In this document: positions 45,125-48,318 of the stretch, piece after piece | Numbering within the stretch: position 1 is the first letter of the stretch | Layout of the letters: every line of letters begins with the position of its first letter | Assembly (NCBI GenBank): GCA_004431415.1 | Contig: QPMI01000573.1 | Location: forward strand, 1 to 48,318 | Direction: 5' to 3' | Source of the DNA: Cyanophora paradoxa CCMP329 | Taxonomy: Eukaryota > Plantae > Glaucophyta | DNA length: 48,318 bases | Notes under the pieces: generated by a model | The model's database searches: none | Seen by the model: only the letters and a program-made list of their open reading frames with translations | Told to the model about the DNA's origin: nothing | Translations under genes and position numbers: made by a program

Positions 45125-45424
45125 TTACTTCTGTGTGCGGTTTTCAAGCTTCTGCCTCAATCTGAATGTTATAATGCTACCATCATGTCGTGCCTTCCCC
45201 CTTTGAATCGCTTTCGATATTTCCCCGGGTGTGTTCTCATCGAAATCAATGAATCGGGAAACCTTCTTTATAAACTGTCTCTGTAAATATCCGGGTAGTT
45301 GGTTGATATTACACCCGTCGTTTTTCTTAACAAGGTTCTCGTAAATAATGCTACTGCGGTCATCCTGTGATAAATCGGGATTTTGAAGCTGTTCTATGAA
45401 AGCGTCGGGAATCCGTGAAGTCAT
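45125..45424 (-). CDS. Hypothetical protein
   Basis: 99-aa ORF with AAAAATGAC upstream on the minus strand. Confidence 0.55.
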   Translation of the reverse strand: MTSRIPDAFIEQLQNPDLSQDDRSSIIYENLVKKNDGCNINQLPGYLQRQFIKKVSRFIDFDENTPGEISKAIQRGKARHDGSIITFRLRQKLENRTQK

Positions 45425-45469
45425 TGTAGGTTACACTGTCTATTTTGGCGGGTTGTCATTTTTTGCATC

Positions 45470-45785
45470 GGTTACATAGAGGTTACAAGAAGTTACAGAG
45501 GAGTTACGCAACAGGTTACGTAGATATTTTACAACTGCAAGACGACTTTCAGTGTTATAATACAGGAGATTTAGTATTTTTAACACTGGCGGTTACGGTT
45601 ACGCAACTTTTTAAATTCTTTTTAAAAAATGGCGGGGGGGTCTCTCTCAGATAAAATAGTGAAAACTTGCGTAACCGCGTAACTTGCGTAACCTCTACGA
45701 CATTATGGTGTCTTTTCTCTGTTATTTTTGGTTACGTAACGTTTTTATCTACGTAACTTGTGTAACCTTAACGTAACCTTATTAT
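45470..45785. repeat. GTTAC iteron module, copy 3
   Basis: Same architecture and orientation as copies 1 and 2. Confidence 0.9.
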
Positions 45786-45804
45786 TTAACATTATTCATC
45801 TTTA

Positions 45805-46341
45805 TTATCCATTTGCATATAACTTAGGTTCTAATGCTTCCATTCCGTCAAAAAATAGTTTAGTTCTACAAACTGAACACTTAGCATTCTCATGTGATTC
45901 AAGTGAAGAGAGGAAACAATTAGGACAAATAAGAGTATTGCAAACGATACAGCCTTTATTATTTATGTTAGTGTCAATGTTTTCAAGACAGATAGGACAT
46001 GTTTCATTCGGACTCTCAAAGTTTTCCCTCGCGAATGACTTAATAATGATATCTACGAACCATTTGGTGTTCTCCTCATCAAGATATGGGACTAACATGT
46101 AACGGTGTTTATATGAGAATGCAAAACGAATAGGTTGAAGGGCATGATATCCCGCCTTTTGCTTCCATGCATCAAATACCCCTTTATTCTTGCGGTTCTT
46201 TTGAATAAAGTATATAATCTGTCTTTCGTTGGCTTTCATTAAGAATTTCGTATAATTCTTATCATTCAGTTTATCTGATGCATTGACTATGGGATATGGC
46301 GAAATAGACTGTGAAAACGTCAATATATCGTTTAAATTCAT
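45805..46341 (-). CDS. RING-finger protein, paralogue of 44341-44841
   Basis: CPIC...CIVC....CPNC...CSVCR; shares MN..DILT...SI and LVP.L.E motifs with the other RING gene. Confidence 0.85.
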   Translation of the reverse strand: MNLNDILTFSQSISPYPIVNASDKLNDKNYTKFLMKANERQIIYFIQKNRKNKGVFDAWKQKAGYHALQPIRFAFSYKHRYMLVPYLDEENTKWFVDIIIKSFARENFESPNETCPICLENIDTNINNKGCIVCNTLICPNCFLSSLESHENAKCSVCRTKLFFDGMEALEPKLYANG

Positions 46342-46375
46342 TTGGTTGTGCTACTATCTGTTACAGTTTCTTTAA

Positions 46376-46753
46376 TTAGCTTAGAGTTTTTTCAATGTCG
46401 AACACTCTTTTGAGAACGCCATCAATTCTTACAGCATGTGATTTAATCCCGAAAATGCGCTTAATCACGATTCCGATGGCTGTTTTTGAAATCGGAAAGT
46501 CTATAAGCTCTTCTATTTCAGCATGGATTACATCGGAAGGTGTATAATCACCGTCATTACTTAACCTGTAACTATGCATTAAATACGCTTCCACATCAGA
46601 CATCCCATGTTGATATTCGCCAATCCCATGTTGATATTCGCCAATCCCATGTTGATATTTGTCCATCCCATGTTGATATTTGCCCATCTCATGTTGATAT
46701 TCGCCCATTTCCGTTTCATCCATAACAATTTCGATGTATTCCACGTCTTCCAT
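46376..46753 (-). CDS. Protein with 7-aa repeats and a D5-type C-terminal wHTH-like domain
   Basis: (GEYQHGI)-like x5 (21-bp repeats). The C-terminus DYTPSDVI...ISKTAIGIVIKRIFGIKSHAVRIDGVLKRVF aligns by eye with the element 1 helicase tail. Confidence 0.6.
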   Translation of the reverse strand: MEDVEYIEIVMDETEMGEYQHEMGKYQHGMDKYQHGIGEYQHGIGEYQHGMSDVEAYLMHSYRLSNDGDYTPSDVIHAEIEELIDFPISKTAIGIVIKRIFGIKSHAVRIDGVLKRVFDIEKTLS

Positions 46754-46904
46754 GTTACACTTAACTGTTACATGTTAAAATTTTGTTACAAGTTTTACGG
46801 TTGATGTCCAAAAATTGACACTGTAAAACACAGAAAGGTATTTAAGGGTTTGACTTAAAAGAGAAGTGAAAGGGAATAATTTCTTACCTTCCATTAGAGA
46901 ATCA

Positions 46905-47396
46905 ATGGCGAATACTCGGAAATCAAACCAAGAGCTTATCGCTATTCAGAAAGGCGACCCGTTTGTAGAGATTGGAAAAAAGAAACCTGAGTTATCAATT
47001 GAAGAACAGGAAGAAAAGGCAAGGTTGAGAAGAGAGAAAGACAGGGAAAGAAAACGTGTAGCTTATCAGAAGAAGAAAGAAGAGAGACTCGCAAATGGCG
47101 AAAAAACAATACTGACAGCTGAGGAGCTGGAAAAGAGAGCCATATATTTACGTCGTCGATATGAAGAGGACGCGGAATATAGAAAAAAGAGAATTGAGAG
47201 TGCAAACAATTACCTGAAACAGAAAAGGCGTGAGAAGAAGACGGAGCCAAAACCCAAAGTGCAAACAGTGCCTAAGAAATCGGGAAGACCTCGAAAGTAT
47301 CCCCGACCCGATCACATCTTTATCGGAAAAAAGCGTAGCGAATTGATTGATGGGAGCGCAAAAATTGACGCTTACTTTCTCCTTTTTATAACCTAA
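46905..47396 (+). CDS. Basic coiled-coil protein with AT-hook
   Basis: K/R/E-rich helix, YLRRRYEEDAEYRKK and KSGRPRKYP; AAAATTGA at 46811. Confidence 0.7.
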   Translation: MANTRKSNQELIAIQKGDPFVEIGKKKPELSIEEQEEKARLRREKDRERKRVAYQKKKEERLANGEKTILTAEELEKRAIYLRRRYEEDAEYRKKRIESANNYLKQKRREKKTEPKPKVQTVPKKSGRPRKYPRPDHIFIGKKRSELIDGSAKIDAYFLLFIT

Positions 47397-47524
47397 GCCA
47401 AATCATTAAAGTGCCGTGGGCAACCGAAAAGCATTTAAGGACATCCCGAGAGATAATTTAAACCTGGGAGTTTCTCACTTCCTCGATTATTTTCTCTGAG
47501 AAATTTAAGAATCAATCGCGAAAA

Positions 47525-48318
47525 ATGAATGCTAACACGAAAATCGCAACTCCCTGTGAGAGACTCGGTAACCTGTGCAAATTTACACCTGAGAAACATA
47601 ATTGGGGTTCTTTCCTACATTGTCTCACTCCGAATACTGACAGCGAGACTGTCATAGAGTATTTCGACCATCAGATTACGGAAAGGATTAATGATGATTT
47701 GAAGAAAGGCAAAAAACCGACCTACGCCGAATGCATTCAGCCAAACGAAATAACACGTGTCTATCTGGATTATGACGGCTATGTGGATCTTAAACCGGAT
47801 GTTGCCGATAACTACAAGGAAGCCGATGAAAATCATTCGTGAAATGCGCAAGAGACTACACGAACTCACCGGTGCTACCATTGCTGTGTCCGTGCGTCAT
47901 CGTCCTATCCATTTCGTTAAGGAAGACGTGACCCAATTTAAAGGTATCGGGGCATTTCGTCTTTACCGATCTGTGCTGTCGTCATGAAGACATCCGAAAT
48001 TCTTAAATGTAATCGGACTTACGCCAAAGGTGGATTATGACCCACTCGTTTATAGACAAGGCAGGCGCTTGTTTGTCTGGGTAGTTGCAAGGGTAAATGG
48101 TTGGATTCCCAAAACAAGACTAAACGCGATGTGTTGATAAGGAGTAGTATTTACCAAATTCGTGGATTGTGAAACCATGTATGACAGCGACTTTTTTCGC
48201 GCAATTCACGGATTGCCCCACTGTGCTTTATCGATGAATCAAACATGTATATGTTTTGATGCTAACCTAACCCAAGATGAGAAAAACGACGGTCGCAAAG
48301 GCGGAAGTTGCAAAAGAG
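47525..48318 (+). CDS. Archaeo-eukaryotic primase-type N-terminus of a probable primase-helicase (frameshifted, truncated by the window)
   Basis: YAECIQPNEITRVYLDYDG (AEP motif I), later D..VY...R and CKGK. Same position after the AT-hook gene as the element 1 primase. Confidence 0.65.

Larger units (their letters stand above)
41961..48318. mobile_element. Second endogenous virus-like element (left part only)
   Basis: GC-to-AT shift, the same class of terminal fold-back, subterminal homology to element 1, DUF5710-like and AT-hook homologues, and a primase. Capsid genes are not within the window. Confidence 0.85.

Overview
Eukaryotic (probably protist) genomic DNA carrying two related AT-rich endogenous DNA viruses, separated by about 12.8 kb of GC-rich host sequence. 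Element 1 (about 2338-29133, 26.8 kb) looks like a complete Polinton-like virus. It encodes a DUF5710-like gene, two divergent penton-like genes, a double-jelly-roll major capsid protein with NCLDV-like motifs, an A32-type packaging ATPase, an AT-hook protein and a Prim-Pol/D5-type SF3 primase-helicase. It also encodes a protein-primed PolB with an apparently dead proofreading domain, an rve integrase, a patatin-discoidin lipase, five fibre-like genes, a DUF723-like zinc protein and a SpeD-like decarboxylase. No adenain-type protease was recognised. Element 2 starts at 41961 and runs off the window. It has DUF5710-like, two RING, stand-alone wHTH, AT-hook and AEP primase genes. All three visible virus ends carry a 28-bp fold-back with conserved ends and a variable core, rather than ordinary TIRs. 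Both elements have convergent iteron-like modules (GTGAC in element 1, GTTAC in element 2) and AAAATTGA motifs upstream of non-structural genes. The host interval holds a 170-bp satellite array (about 35 units with higher-order structure) and a hAT-type MITE. Many viral ORFs are broken by single-base indels, which may be sequencing errors. All protein assignments come from motif recognition by eye, with no database search.
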